A DNA stretch of 63,743 bases, counting the filler, from Octopus bimaculoides (Eukaryota): the NCBI RefSeq assembly GCF_001194135.2. It is 5 parts of 5 records of this genome, joined end to end, with 100 filler letters (N's around TTAATTAATTAA, not from the genome) between each part and the next. Parts side by side here need not be neighbours in the genome. Positions count along the whole stretch, not along the records: positions 29,430 to 56,027 come from NC_068992.1; 4 more parts are not named here. One strand, 5' to 3'. The notes below the pieces were generated by a model. That model had not been told where the DNA came from. It was given only the letters and a program-made list of their open reading frames with translations, and did no database searches. Positions 38,243-51,885 of this stretch are shown here, one piece after another (within the stretch, counting starts at the first letter, position 1; every line of letters begins with the position of its first letter). Both the position numbers and the translations under genes were made by a program.

Positions 38243-38446
38243 ATTGATGTTGTTATTGTTGTTGCTGTTGTTGTTGCTGCTGTTGTAGTTTTATTTCTAT
38301 TTATTTCCTTATTTATTTTTTCCACATTTTCTTCAAAGTATTAATAACAGAGAATTATAACATTCCTTACACATATTCCATCATCGAGTGAAAATGTGAT
38401 TTTTTTTCTTTCTCTCCCCCACTTCACTTTCTCTCCTCCTATTCTC

Positions 38447-38482
<36 letters not shown>

Positions 38483-39415
38483 CTCTCTCTCTCTCTCTCT
38501 TTCTTTCTCTCCCTCTCTGTTTCTCTCCGATTCTGCTAAAAGAAATAAAAGACAAAAACAGCAAAATATCAAATATACATTTGGTTTTTAATGATAGTAT
38601 TGTTGAAAGATCAATAGCTTTCAGGTTACGAACTTAAAAATGGATAAAAAATACTAAATGAATTCAGCAATAAAAGGCTCTAAAGTCTGGTATATTCGGG
38701 ACAATAATTGCCAATAATGTGCTATGCTATACACATAACAAAGAGAAGAATTCTATTCAAAAGGCTTAAATATATCCACATTGCTGAGAAGCGATTACAA
38801 AGATATTTCGCTAAGTATCTAGGCCATTATATTTTACTTAAAGCATTGTTAGAGACTATCTACATATTCTCAAACACTCACTCAGTTATACTAATTGATC
38901 AACTTCACAATTCTATCAACAGCCAACAGTGTGATACCATAACATTTACTAAACGTAATAATAAAGAACAGTCGCATCTTCAAAACGCATAATAAATATG
39001 CCAGTTTAGAGAGTTAACGAACGTCCAAAGTAGATTTCTACATCCCAGAAGGTCTTTGTGATATTTTATAGACTTAGAATGAATTAATAGTTATTTTCAG
39101 ATGAAATACGTTTCAGAACTATTTCGGTTATCAACAAACAAAAACAGAGAAGATGAAGTGGTATAAATATTCTTTTTATTAAAAATCAAAGCTATTTTTA
39201 ACGTTGTGGATTGCTCATGCGGATGTCATCCAGAAAAATGATATATCAGTGAAAATACTTCCATATTGTTTTAGTGTTACTGCAGACAGGATCTAAAACG
39301 GAAATAGAAACGTGCGAAAATTTCTGAATGAAAAAACAATTTCAGCATTCTGAGCATGTCTTGTGTCTACGTGGACAAATGGCAGTATTAGTAGACTGTC
39401 GGGAAAATTACTTAC

Positions 39416-39620
39416 CCAGGCTTTGCTATGCCTACGTCCACTACATTCTAAACTAATTTGCATTAATTTTGATCTCCTTGAATCTAGAATGCAATGCTCC
39501 AGTATGGTGACAGTGCAATGACTGAAATCTGAAGGATACAATATTGTATTATATTTACATCTGATGTCGGGCATTGTTGCGCCGGACATTGTCGTGAGTT
39601 AGAGAGAAGTGATGAAAGAT
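39416..39620 (-). other. Candidate upstream (5'UTR or first) exon with a strong donor
   Basis: CTGG|GTAAGTAA donor at 39415; CpG-containing unique sequence upstream. Confidence 0.25.
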
Positions 39621-39736
39621 CTACGAGGTGCTTTCGATCACAAGAAACAAATATCCATTATCACTTAAACTGCGAAGGTCTGTCGTTATATTCAGGAGTG
39701 ACTTACCCCTATTTACCTACTTTTGCAGAATATACA

Positions 39737-39767
<31 letters not shown>

Positions 39768-40814
39768 NNNNNNNNNNNNNNNNNNNNNNNNNNNNNNNNN
39801 NNNNNNNNNNNNNNNNNNNNNNNNNNNNNNNNNNNNNNNNNNNNNNNNNNNNNNNNNNNNNNNNNNNNNNNNNNNNNNNNNNNNNNNNNNNNNNNNNNNN
39901 NNNNNNNNNNNNNNNNNNNNNNNNNNNNNNNNNNNNNNNNNNNNNNNNNNNNNNNNNNNNNNNNNNNNNNNNNNNNNNNNNNNNNNNNNNNNNNNNNNNN
40001 NNNNNNNNNNNNNNNNNNNNNNNNNNNNNNNNNNNNNNNNNNNNNNNNNNNNNNNNNNNNNNNNNNNNNNNNNNNNNNNNNNNNNNNNNNNNNNNNNNNN
40101 NNNNNNNNNNNNNNNNNNNNNNNNNNNNNNNNNNNNNNNNNNNNNNNNNNNNNNNNNNNNNNNNNNNNNNNNNNNNNNNNNNNNNNNNNNNNNNNNNNNN
40201 NNNNNNNNNNNNNNNNNNNNNNNNNNNNNNNNNNNNNNNNNNNNNNNNNNNNNNNNNNNNNNNNNNNNNNNNNNNNNNNNNNNNNNNNNNNNNNNNNNNN
40301 NNNNNNNNNNNNNNNNNNNNNNNNNNNNNNNNNNNNNNNNNNNNNNNNNNNNNNNNNNNNNNNNNNNNNNNNNNNNNNNNNNNNNNNNNNNNNNNNNNNN
40401 NNNNNNNNNNNNNNNNNNNNNNNNNNNNNNNNNNNNNNNNNNNNNNNNNNNNNNNNNNNNNNNNNNNNNNNNNNNNNNNNNNNNNNNNNNNNNNNNNNNN
40501 NNNNNNNNNNNNNNNNNNNNNNNNNNNNNNNNNNNNNNNNNNNNNNNNNNNNNNNNNNNNNNNNNNNNNNNNNNNNNNNNNNNNNNNNNNNNNNNNNNNN
40601 NNNNNNNNNNNNNNNNNNNNNNNNNNNNNNNNNNNNNNNNNNNNNNNNNNNNNNNNNNNNNNNNNNNNNNNNNNNNNNNNNNNNNNNNNNNNNNNNNNNN
40701 NNNNNNNNNNNNNNNNNNNNNNNNNNNNNNNNNNNNNNNNNNNNNNNNNNTATATATATATATAATATATGTATATATATATATATAAATGTGTGTGCGT
40801 TTTTGTTTGTGTGT

Positions 40815-40950
40815 ATAGGCACAGGTGTGACTGTGTGGTACGAAGTTTGCTTCTTAACCACATGGTTCCGGGCCCTCCCAACATCGCTTGACAACCGATG
40901 CTGGTGTGTTTACGTCCCCGTAACTTAGCGGTTCGGAAAAAGATACCGGT
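40815..40950 (+). mobile_element. SINE family A with an internal deletion
   Basis: Head ...CATGGTTCCGGG joined directly to CCCAACATCGCTTGACAACCG. Confidence 0.85.
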
Positions 40951-41479
40951 ATTGGGATTTTAACCTATATGTTTAAGATAAGGAAAATCTGAACTAACAT
41001 TTGTTTAGTTGTCTACCTGACTGATTTGCTGTATAGACCCTTTTGTTTCGAGTAAAATATTAATATAGTATTCTTGGTATGGAACTTGATAACTTCTGAC
41101 AATAAGAATTTAAAAGCAAGAAAAATAACCGGGGACAACATTTTGTGTTGAATTTCCTGAGAGAGACTAGCGTCTTATCCTACTAAAGGAAACACAATAG
41201 AAATTCTCAGCGCGAGAAATACAGGAAATAAACAGTGTGTGATATCTTCAGGCCTGGCAGGTTGATTTTAGGAAAGTTATATTAATTAATGATATAATTA
41301 ATTAAAATTATAATTGGTTGAACATTAATTAATTATAAAGTGTCAATATTACCTCTACCCAAATAATATATTGGCAGTATGACTGACAAATATAATGTCA
41401 AATATTCATGGCGTACATAGAGAATATTTCATAGCTACTACTGGGAGGATAACAGTGGAGGTGACGCAGATGATAATAA

Positions 41480-41485
41480 CGGTGG

Positions 41486-41537
<52 letters not shown>

Positions 41538-41575
41538 AGCGATGGTGATGGTGATGATGATGGTGATGGTGATGG

Positions 41576-41617
<42 letters not shown>

Positions 41618-41690
41618 CGACGGTGATGATGATGATGATGATGATGATAATGATGATGATGACAGTGATGATGATTACGATGGTGATGGC

Positions 41691-41726
<36 letters not shown>

Positions 41727-42060
41727 AACAGCGACGACAACGAGGGTCCCGTGTTGGTGGTGGTGGTGGTGGTGGTGATGGTGTTCGTGTTCATATCATG
41801 GAAATTTAGGTGATGAGGATAATGATGAAAATGGTGATGTTGATGTTGAAATTTTGAAATTGATGGTGCTACTCTGGCTACTATTGCTGCTTCAGTTCCT
41901 GTTATTAATGTTGATAATAATGATGATGAAGAAGATGATGATGATGAAGACGATGACGATGACGATGATGATTTGCAGTGACAGCAACAGCAGCGCTGTA
42001 CTGTTGTTAATGGTGGTGATTTTGTAATCAATGGGGTTGAATATCATGATTTATGATATT
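41480..42060. repeat. Compound (GAT)n/(GGT)n microsatellite field
   Basis: Direct inspection. Confidence 0.95.
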
Positions 42061-42229
42061 CCTAATAACAGTAATGTTGAGTGTAATTATGGTGGCAGTG
42101 ATGATGATGGTAGGGGTGTTGGTGGTGGGGGTGGCCTGTTGGCACTGCTGTCCGTAAAATCTGTGATCATTTTTATTGGTATTGATACAAGCGACATCAG
42201 CAGAAAAGGATCAGATTCAAATTACTTCA

Positions 42230-42273
<44 letters not shown>

Positions 42274-42289
42274 CGTGTGTGTGTGTGTA

Positions 42290-42321
<32 letters not shown>

Positions 42322-42914
42322 TGTGTGTGTGTGTGTATACACATACATATATATCTGTAAAAATATGTGACGCTTATTCAGTAGCCATGATAAAACTTCG
42401 AGTTACGGGTGCCAGGGGTGGGNNNNNNNNNNNNNNNNNNNNNNNNNNNNNNNNNNNNNNNNNNNNNNNNNNNNNNNNNNNNNNNNNNNNNNNNNNNNNN
42501 NNNNNNNNNNNNNNNNNNNNNNNNNNNNNNNNNNNNNNNNNNNNNNNNNNNNNNNNNNNNNNNNNNNNNNNNNNNNNNNNNNNNNNNNNNNNNNNNNNNN
42601 NNNNNNNNNNNNNNNNNNNNNNNNNNNNNNNNNNNNNNNNNNNNNNNNNNNNNNNNNNNNNNNNNNNNNNNNNNNNNNNNNNNNNNNNNNNNNNNNNNNN
42701 NNNNNNNNNNNNNNNNNNNNNNNNNNNNNNNNNNNNNNNNNNNNNNNNNNNNNNNNNNNNNNNNNNNNNNNNNNNNNNNNNNNNNNNNNNNNNNNNNNNN
42801 NNNNNNNNNNNNNNNNNNNNNNNNNNNNNNNNNNNNNNNNNNNNNNNNNNNNNNNNNNNNNNNNNNNNNNNNNNNNNNNNNNNNAAAACCACTCATCTTT
42901 CACTATATATAAGC

Positions 42915-43135
42915 ACGCCCGGTTTCTAATTTTAGCACAAGGACACCAATTTCGGGGGTGGGTCTAAGTCGATTACATTGACCCGAGTGCTTAACTAGTA
43001 CATTTTTGAACGACCCCGAAGGGACTAAAGACAAAGTCGACCTTGGCGGAATTTGAACTCAGAACGCAAAGAAGGACGAAATGCTTTTAAGCATTTCGTC
43101 CGACGTGTAAAGGATTCTGCCAGCTCGCCGCACCG
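42915..43135 (-). mobile_element. SINE family B
   Basis: GACAAAGTCGACCTTGGCGGAATTTGAACTCAGAACG...GCCAGCTCGCCG. Confidence 0.88.
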
Positions 43136-43541
43136 TCTATGTATGTGTGTATATCTAAAAACACTGAAGCAGCTTACACCATACATTTGTTCTCTACTTT
43201 GACACGCTACACATCAAACAGAAAAGAGTCGAATAATGACCTAAATAGTGACATAAATTTGCTGCGTGAGTATGAAGAGAGAGAGAGACAGAGAGACAGA
43301 GAGAGAGACAGACAGAGAGAGTGAGGTGGCGGGAAGGAGAGAGAGAAATAAGATAAGACCGGAAGGAGGTGGGTTTGTAAGAAAAGGAGTGAGTAAGAAT
43401 ACACTCGTTATAGACACCGCTTTATATCTGCTGTACTGAGTTCAAATGTTGTAGGATCTGTAGCTGCCTTTCATCCCGTTTGGGGTCGATAATTTGGTGA
43501 CAGAAAATTATATTCTCTAATCTGAGATATACACGCTCTAA

Positions 43542-43614
<73 letters not shown>

Positions 43615-43640
43615 CATGTATACATACATAAATACCCTAC

Positions 43641-43683
<43 letters not shown>

Positions 43684-44094
43684 CGTGTATGTATATATAC
43701 ATATATATAAATATAGATATTCATATGTATACATATATTTGTATGTATGATGTAAGTGTATATATATATATATATCACACACTATCACCGCTATAATGTG
43801 GATTTATAACTATCAAAACTAAACGCATAATATATATATATGTGGTCAAAGTATATACGATCATATAATATATACATATATACGTGGGAGGGAACATATG
43901 TGCGTACGTGTTTGTGTATGTATGCATGTATGTATGTATGTATGTTACCACATTAGCAGGCAACGTAAAGAAAGTTCTTCGCTATATTAATCAGGTTCGC
44001 TATCTTAACAAATATAATTTCATTCCAAGTTTTAAGAGATTATCAAACCAGTATATTTTTAGAATCATCAGAGCATGCAGAATCAGAAAATCAA

Positions 44095-44260
44095 TGTTGC
44101 TTTTTGCAGTAATTCCACTATAGCGGCCATTTTGGATTTTTAAAATGGCCACCATAAAATTCATATTTTGCGCTATCTCGGCTGCTAGTCAATCTAGAAA
44201 CTTAATTAAGTATGCTAATCCTATGTTTTCTGGGTCAAGGAATCCAATAAAGGCCTCGAC
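44095..44260. mobile_element. Non-autonomous DNA-element-like fragment with hairpin GGCCATTTT-8nt-AAAATGGCC
   Basis: 9-bp inverted repeat 44125-44133/44142-44150, followed by GCTATCTCGG...CCTATGTTTTCTGGGTCAAGGAATCC; family assignment uncertain. Confidence 0.5.
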
Positions 44261-44849
44261 GTAGTACTGAATATCATAGTAAAGCAGCAAACACAGGTAA
44301 TAGAGAATAATTCTTGTTGCATTTGTGATATAATAGTATTACGTTGTGCATGTTGCAAGTCGTTTGACATGTTAGGTATCGGTTTAAAAGCAAGTAAGTA
44401 GCCATATTATGTATGATGTTGAACTATGAGTTCTATACACGGGATCTAGTAAATCATATATAGAAATATAGTTTTACAGATCTTCATCTTTATCCTGAGA
44501 ATTATTACTGGCTTTACAATCCGCATCACTTTTGCATCACTTTCACACAAAAGTCTGTGAAAGCCAAACGTTATCTGCCGCATAAATATTTATTGGCTGC
44601 GAAACGAACGCCTTCTTCCTCTACAGCCTGTTACTGATTCGATGAGATGTTTGCGTTATTCTTTAGTCCGGTTTCGTTTTTTCCGTAACATAAAGAATCT
44701 CATTAGTATGTGTTTAATGATTGTGCTGTCAATAATCTGATACTGAAAACGATGTTTGCCTTGTGGTTGTTTCTCCCTTATGTTTTACTACAGCGGATTA
44801 ACTTTGATGATATCAAAGAAAAGAATAACCTCATGGAATAGCTTCTACA

Positions 44850-45010
44850 TAGTTTCTGAATACCGAATTCAGACAACAAGGATTTGGTCAGAAAGAGTAA
44901 TTGGTAGAAGGCAATTGCTCGTGGAGCCGAGTAGAGCGATCAAACCAGAGATCACTTGGTATCGGGAGTGGATGAGTAGTAATAGAATAAAACCAGCCAC
45001 TTCCGACAAG
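44850..45010 (-). mobile_element. Old, highly diverged SINE family A-like copy
   Basis: Residual AGTTTC...CAAGGATTTGGTC...TAGAAGGCAATTGCTC...AAACCAG order. Confidence 0.55.
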
Positions 45011-45882
45011 GCGACGTCATAGCAGTTTCCTGATAAAGGAGACTCTCAGCAATTATGCAGCACATCTATAGCGCAAGAGGTTTGGCGTTTGTTGGTGTGC
45101 GATATCATGGAAACCAGTCGCGTGGCGCTTTATAGAATATATTGTATGGTGCCTCTCAGCATAAACGCAGCAGAAGCAGGAGTAGCACAAGTAAATTAGC
45201 ATGAGCTGCAGGAACAGCAGGAACAGCAAGAGCAGGATGGTCCCAGATGTGTGAGTGTAACATCATTATCACTATGAATCTCATTTCAGCTTTTTAAAGA
45301 GTGAATAGTTGCTGGGAAATAGAAACAACAAAACAAAAAATAAACAAATAAATATGCAAATAAACAACACGATTTATTGATTATCCTCAAACCTTAGATC
45401 GACTCATAACAAAATGCCCACCTCCGTCGAATGCAAGAAAGAACCGGGACCAGGTGGTGTATTTTAAACCGGACGATGGATTACAACCACCACCCAAGAC
45501 GCTTTTTAATTCTCAGTCAATAGAAAAAAAAAAGACGTTATATGATCGGCTGCAAGTATGGATGAACATCCATGACCCAATTGCACGAAGTCATTTTATC
45601 TGAAGTCAATATCCAGCCATTATAAAGCTACGTTAAAACATATAATGATAATATAACAGTTGTAAGCTTGTTGAGTCAGCAGTTTTGCTTTGTTTGGTTA
45701 TTTGCTGAATATTTTTTCTTTGTATTCTCCATGTTGTGGTTTATTTATTGTTTTTGGTACAACAGCAGCTGTCGTGACAACAACTAAAATGAACTGAGCT
45801 TTACACCACTGTAGCTGTTATAGTGTTTACCTAGAGATGGCACAGACAAAACTGGAATAACAATAAAGATAATTGTTGGCTC

Positions 45883-45914
<32 letters not shown>

Positions 45915-45917
45915 AAG

Positions 45918-45957
<40 letters not shown>

Positions 45958-45958
45958 T

Positions 45959-45989
<31 letters not shown>

Positions 45990-46035
45990 TGATAGATAGA
46001 TAGATAGATTGATTGATAGATAGATAGATAGATAC

Positions 46036-46069
<34 letters not shown>

Positions 46070-47254
46070 TACATTTAAATTCATAAGTATATCTATATAA
46101 TTATATATATAGTCGGGTGTGTGTGTGTGTGTTTCTGTGCATGCGTGCATGTGCGTGCGCGCACGAGTTTGCGGGTACGTCCGGTCGTGTGTATATATAT
46201 GTGTATATATACATCTATAAATATACATGTGCGTGTGCACGCATACATATATACGTATATAGTCATGCATATATATATATGTGTGTGTGTGTGTATGTAT
46301 ATNNNNNNNNNNNNNNNNNNNNNNNNNNNNNNNNNNNNNNNNNNNNNNNNNNNNNNNNNNNNNNNNNNNNNNNNNNNNNNNNNNNNNNNNNNNNNNNNNN
46401 NNNNNNNNNNNNNNNNNNNNNNNNNNNNNNNNNNNNNNNNNNNNNNNNNNNNNNNNNNNNNNNNNNNNNNNNNNNNNNNNNNNNNNNNNNNNNNNNNNNN
46501 NNNNNNNNNNNNNNNNNNNNNNNNNNNNNNNNNNNNNNNNNNNNNNNNNNNNNNNNNNNNNNNNNNNNNNNNNNNNNNNNNNNNNNNNNNNNNNNNNNNN
46601 NNNNNNNNNNNNNNNNNNNNNNNNNNNNNNNNNNNNNNNNNNNNNNNNNNNNNNNNNNNNNNNNNNNNNNNNNNNNNNNNNNNNNNNNNNNNNNNNNNNN
46701 NNNNNNNNNNNNNNNNNNNNNNNNNNNNNNNNNNNNNNNNNNNNNNNNNNNNNNNNNNNNNNNNNNNNNNNNNNNNNNNNNNNNNNNNNNNNNNNNNNNN
46801 NNNNNNNNNNNNNNNNNNNNNNNNNNNNNNNNNNNNNNNNNNNNNNNNNNNNNNNNNNNNNNNNNNNNNNNNNNNNNNNNNNNNNNNNNNNNNNNNNNNN
46901 NNNNNNNNNNNNNNNNNNNNNNNNNNNNNNNNNNNNNNNNNNNNNNNNNNNNNNNNNNNNNNNNNNNNNNNNNNNNNNNNNNNNNNNNNNNNNNNNNNNN
47001 NNNNNNNNNNNNNNNNNNNNNNNNNNNNNNNNNNNNNNNNNNNNNNNNNNNNNNNNNNNNNNNNNNNNNNNNNNNNNNNNNNNNNNNNNNNNNNNNNNNN
47101 NNNNNNNNNNNNNNNNNNNNNNNNNNNNNNNNNNNNNNNNNNNNNNNNNNNNNNNNNNNNNNNATATATACACACACACACAAATATGTGGCTACTTGAC
47201 TAATGAAATAAATCTATAGTGCTATAAACGTTGTTTTGCCAGTAAGTTGCTTCA

Positions 47255-47290
<36 letters not shown>

Positions 47291-47879
47291 CACATACTCA
47301 CACATTCACACACACACATCACACCTCTGTAATACTATTCAATCCAACACACATACACACATGCACCTAATCATTGTAACAAAGCAACACATACCCACCC
47401 AATCAATGTTACACAAAACACATCTAAGAGACCCATAAAACAGCTAATAGTTTCTAAGGCTTACAATTGTTTTTTTCTTTCTTTTTGTGTTATGTTCTCT
47501 ATGAGCAACAATCAGTTAAATTTACATCAAGCTTGTACTCATTCATTTTTCTGACATCGCATCTCGCTTTGCTTCAGTGGAGCCGACACGGTTGGATTGT
47601 TTTAAGTGTTATATGACTAAACAAGCCGTAGGTTTTTGAGTTCAAATCTGGCTGATGTTTTATGATTGAACTTTGCAGTGATTCATGTTTTCGTTTTTTA
47701 AACGAATTTTAGACAAGATCTCTTTACTCGATCAACCTGGCTGTCAAGATTATGTTATGACCAGAGAACAGTTTCTCTGAGAAGTTTCAGCTCCAGACCA
47801 AATTTTACCAGATCGGTTCAGTTGATTTTTGTCTGCCTTGTTGTTTAACCCTAGGCTAGCCTTCATCGAGAAGACTTAT

Positions 47880-48244
47880 ATTGACTATAATCCCATCCCT
47901 GATCTAGTCGGAGCGTACACAGTGACTTGTCTAAAAGAACCACTTTTGCTATTGCTTACATTCAGGACCACCAAGTTATCATCCGTACCCAGAGATATCC
48001 ATACCTTGAGATCCAGGCCTTTCTTAAACAGCGCTACGATCCGTCTCCCGGTCAGGTTGGCTTGGGGTTGCGTAGATCTCAAAGTCATTGAAATCAGGGG
48101 CCAGATCCTGTGAGCTGGAAATCCTTGACTTGCAGACAGCAGTCACATCTGTCTATAGCTAACGAGGTTGCTGAGCAAGCGAACTTGCATCCAGGGTGAC
48201 CACAAACCACGAACATTTATACAACCCACACTTAAACTCACCAT
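47880..48244 (-). mobile_element. L1/Tx1-clade LINE ORF2 AP-endonuclease N-terminal fragment
   Basis: MVSLSVGCINVRGL...RLLSNL / VALFKKGLDLKV...LVVLNVSNSKSGSFRQVTVYAPT; NVRGL and VYAP are APE motifs. Confidence 0.85.
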
Positions 48245-48379
48245 GATGACTGGAAAGATTTCAGGGAAGAAAAAAGTGTGGGCTATTTTCGCGGTTATTA
48301 TTGGCATTTCGCAAGCTTCGCTTCCAATGGCGAGAGTCGTGGTATGCTGTAGAAATAGGCACTGAAGTCCCTTCTGAGT

Positions 48380-48552
48380 TCCAGATCAAAAGCAATGTTG
48401 ACCTCGTAACATTTCAGCTCAGAACATAAAGACGGTCGAAATGCCGCTAAGCAATTTGTCCAGCGCGGTAATAATTCTGCTACCTTGCAGACGAAAAGCC
48501 ACTGAGGATTTTACTCGGCGTTCTAGCCATTCTTCCAGCTCGCCGCCTTAAA
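48380..48552 (-). mobile_element. SINE family B, degenerate or partly duplicated
   Basis: CTCAGAACATAAAGACGGTCGAAATGCCGCTAAGCA...CCAGCTCGCCGCCTT. Confidence 0.8.
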
Positions 48553-49419
48553 TTACCAGTATAATATATTGAGATATATTCTTATTCCGTCTGTTTCTCT
48601 TTGGAAGAAATCAGCAAAGTTCAAACCAAATGAAGGGTGGGCTCTATACCCAAGATACACCGTTTGTTACGACGACGCCTCCACACTTCACCAAGAGCTG
48701 AGAGCACAAGAAAGTATTAAATATCTAAATATCTGAAACAAGTAGAGTTGTTTAGATAATTTGATATTAAACACTACTGGCCATCTCTCTAGAGTACATA
48801 CTTACAATATTTATGTCTACTTTATGTTTCAATCTGTTCGATCTCTAATAGTCATCAGATTTCTGATTTTTCGAATATAAACATGGTTCCGATGCTAATC
48901 AATAAAGAAACCTTAATCTTGATAGCAGTTTCTTGTTTTCAAAGACCGAACTGCGAATTCTAAGTTGAAAAGCAATAATTAATGTCAACACACAGACATA
49001 CACATATACACCGACTCACACTTGTACACACACAATCATATAAATACACATATACACGCAATAATTATTAGTTAGTGGGTCGTGAGATGAAATAAAGATA
49101 GTAAAGTTACGGGCTTGGACCTCCATCATACAAGTATTTATTGCCAATCAGATTTTTGCAGATATTTGCACAATCACTAACCTACTAAACCTCGCTACTG
49201 TTATCATTATTATTAGCATACAGTAAGTATTGATTGCAAATATATACCGATAATAATTATCAATATATAATCAGAATGTATTTGCGAACATTACGCATTC
49301 AGATTACTGACGTGTTTCCATGGGAATAATACCGATATTACTATTATTATTAGTATTAATATATGGTTGTGTGTGCGTATAGGAATGTGTGTATGTATGT
49401 ATGTATATATATATATATA

Positions 49420-49460
<41 letters not shown>

Positions 49461-50039
49461 TTGCATGTATATATAAACGCATATGTGCATACACACATAC
49501 ACTTACTCTGTGCATGTGTGCGTATGTTTATGTGGAGAGAGAGAGAAAGAGAGGAAGAGAAATGTTATATAATATAGCATTGCTACCTTACGCTTTGTAT
49601 TAAGCCGATTAGAATACAGTGTCTGTTTTATTGCCATCTGCTGTAGCATGGCACATATATTTAGTTTGATGGAACTCTAGCGTTAAATATCAAAATTTAC
49701 CACAAATAGCACACGCTACAGCAGAATTAATTATTTAACAGATTTTGAATTTAAAATTCATATGTCGTTGCTGTGAGATCGTCGATCGTGTAGTTGGTAG
49801 CAGATTAGAATGCCAGACAAGAGGTCAATGGTTCGTGTTGCAGTCACCGATGTTCTTCTAGTGTGTGTATCGCGTTATGACACACTTAGCTCTCAATCTA
49901 ATTTCATCCTGCTGTCTGAGATAGACTGTAAAGTGTGTCATTATTTCATGTTCCTAAACACCCACAAGACAACTGGATTCACGAATTATTCACGTGTTTA
50001 TCTGAACTTGGATTCGCTTAGCTTATTTTAACTCAACTC

Positions 50040-50640
50040 TTCTTAACTCATCTTGTCTTGAATAGTCTTCGCCTGGCTTCGCTTGGCTTTCCCTTGGTTG
50101 GTCTGAGTTCGCTTTTCACGGATTTATCTGGTTCGGTTTGGCTTGCTTTAACTTGCCATCTCTTGGCCTGGGCTATCTATTTTGATTTGTTTGTTTTGGA
50201 TTGGCTTTACCTTGCTTTGGCCTGGCGTGTTTTGACCTTGCTTATCTACATTGATTTGCCTTGCCTTCCCTTGCCTCGTTTTGACTTGCCTTGCCTTCGC
50301 CTAGCCTGGTATGGATTAAGTTAATTTGTCTTCGCTTTCTTTGATCTGATTTGGTTTTGCATGGATTAACTTAAATTGGCTTAAGTCAGCTTAGTTTGTT
50401 ATTTGACTTGGTTGGCCGGGTTTGGCTTTTCCTGGTTTGGATCGCCTAATTTGGCTTCGCTTGGCTTGTCTCATCTTGCCCTGGCTTGGTTTGGATTGGA
50501 CTGGATTGGACTAGAATTCCTTTGCTTGGCTTGGTCTGATTTGGCTTAGTTTATCGTGGCTTGACTCATTTTGACCTGCCTGGAGTAGTTTGGATTAGTC
50601 TGACCAAAACGTGACTTGGCATAGCACGGTTCTGTTTTGA
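50040..50640. repeat. Degenerate pentanucleotide satellite (CTTGG/TTTGA-type), about 600 bp
   Basis: Period-5 YTTGR-like units throughout. Confidence 0.85.
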
Positions 50641-51053
50641 TAGATTTAATTTCATTATTCCCATTTTATGAAATGTCTATGCTGAAGTAGTTGCTAGTGC
50701 AGACATGAATTTTTCGGACTACTGTTTTACATTGATTTTACTTTTTAGCTTAGTTTGATCTTGTTGGTAGTTCCAAGATCAAACGATTCTATAAATAACA
50801 GTTGAAGTATGACAAAGAAGAATTTTAAAACCCAGCTTTAAGTGATATGTCTTCATAATCCTGATAATGTTCCTAATACAGCTTAATCCTGTTTAAAAAT
50901 CCTCAATAAATTTAGGGCACCAAGATTATTGAAAACAATTTAAGATATCTCTAATTCTAGATAATAGATTTTCTAATTTTCTTTCTTAATTTTTTTATAC
51001 AGTTTGATAATATTCCAATTTTCTAATTAATATTTTTAAAAACCTTTGTCACG

Positions 51054-51315
51054 GATTAAATTGTCATTGTCAAATTGATTAAATTGTCATTTTCTAATTA
51101 AAATTGTAATTTCTGTTGATTAAAATGCCATTATCTAATTGATTAAATTCCTCATTAAGAAATCAATTAAATTGTCATTAGTCGATTGATTAAATTGTCA
51201 TTATCTAATTAGATTGTATTTCTTATTGATTAAAGTGTTATTATATATTTGATTAAATTGTAATTATATAATTGATATAATTGTCATTACCTAATTGATT
51301 AAAATTTCATCTAAC
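51054..51315. repeat. Degenerate minisatellite, about 23-bp unit (ATTAAATTGTCATTATCTAATTG)
   Basis: About 11 imperfect units seen by eye. Confidence 0.85.
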
Positions 51316-51823
51316 AAAAATTGAAGGTTAAACCTGAAGATTCTACCTGGAATCCTACTATTAGTACTTCCATCGAGATATGAGTTTTTAAAATCATTTT
51401 CCAGGTATTATTGACTTACTTATCCAGTACATTTCTTTGTCGGTTCAAAGACGGACGAGAGTATTAGTTAACAAGACAAACCTCCAAAGTGGTAGAATAT
51501 CGTATCAGGAGCTGTGCTTATGACCAAGTATCTAATATTACATAATCCAGTATACTAAGCAGAGAATAGACACATGAGTGTCAGGGAGCGATACAAGACG
51601 TTGATCTTTGAAGAAGTAGTGAGAAAACTGTAAAACTGCCGCGTTTCGATAGCTTACGCCACCGAGTTCCGTTAGACCTTCAAATTATACTTTAGACCAA
51701 AATGTGACTAAGTCTGAAGACATTTCTAGTTTCTCCCAACTCAATATTTACTGCTGTATATAACACAATAAACAGCTTCACCTCAAATACGCAAACAGGA
51801 ATGTACGTAAATATATATGATAG

Positions 51824-51885
51824 GTGCAGGAGTGGCTGTGTGGTAAGTAGCTTGCTTACCAACCACATGGTTCCGAGTTCAGTAC
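51824..51885 (+). mobile_element. SINE family A, head only
   Basis: GCAGGAGTGGCTGTGTGGTAAGTAGCTTGCTTACCAACCACATGGTTCCGAGTTCAGT. Confidence 0.9.

Noticed and set aside
39101-39160. 60-nt + strand exon candidate (MKYVSELFRLSTNKNREDEV)
   Set aside because: Weak donor GTG|GTATAA and no supporting homology; expected by chance in a window this size.
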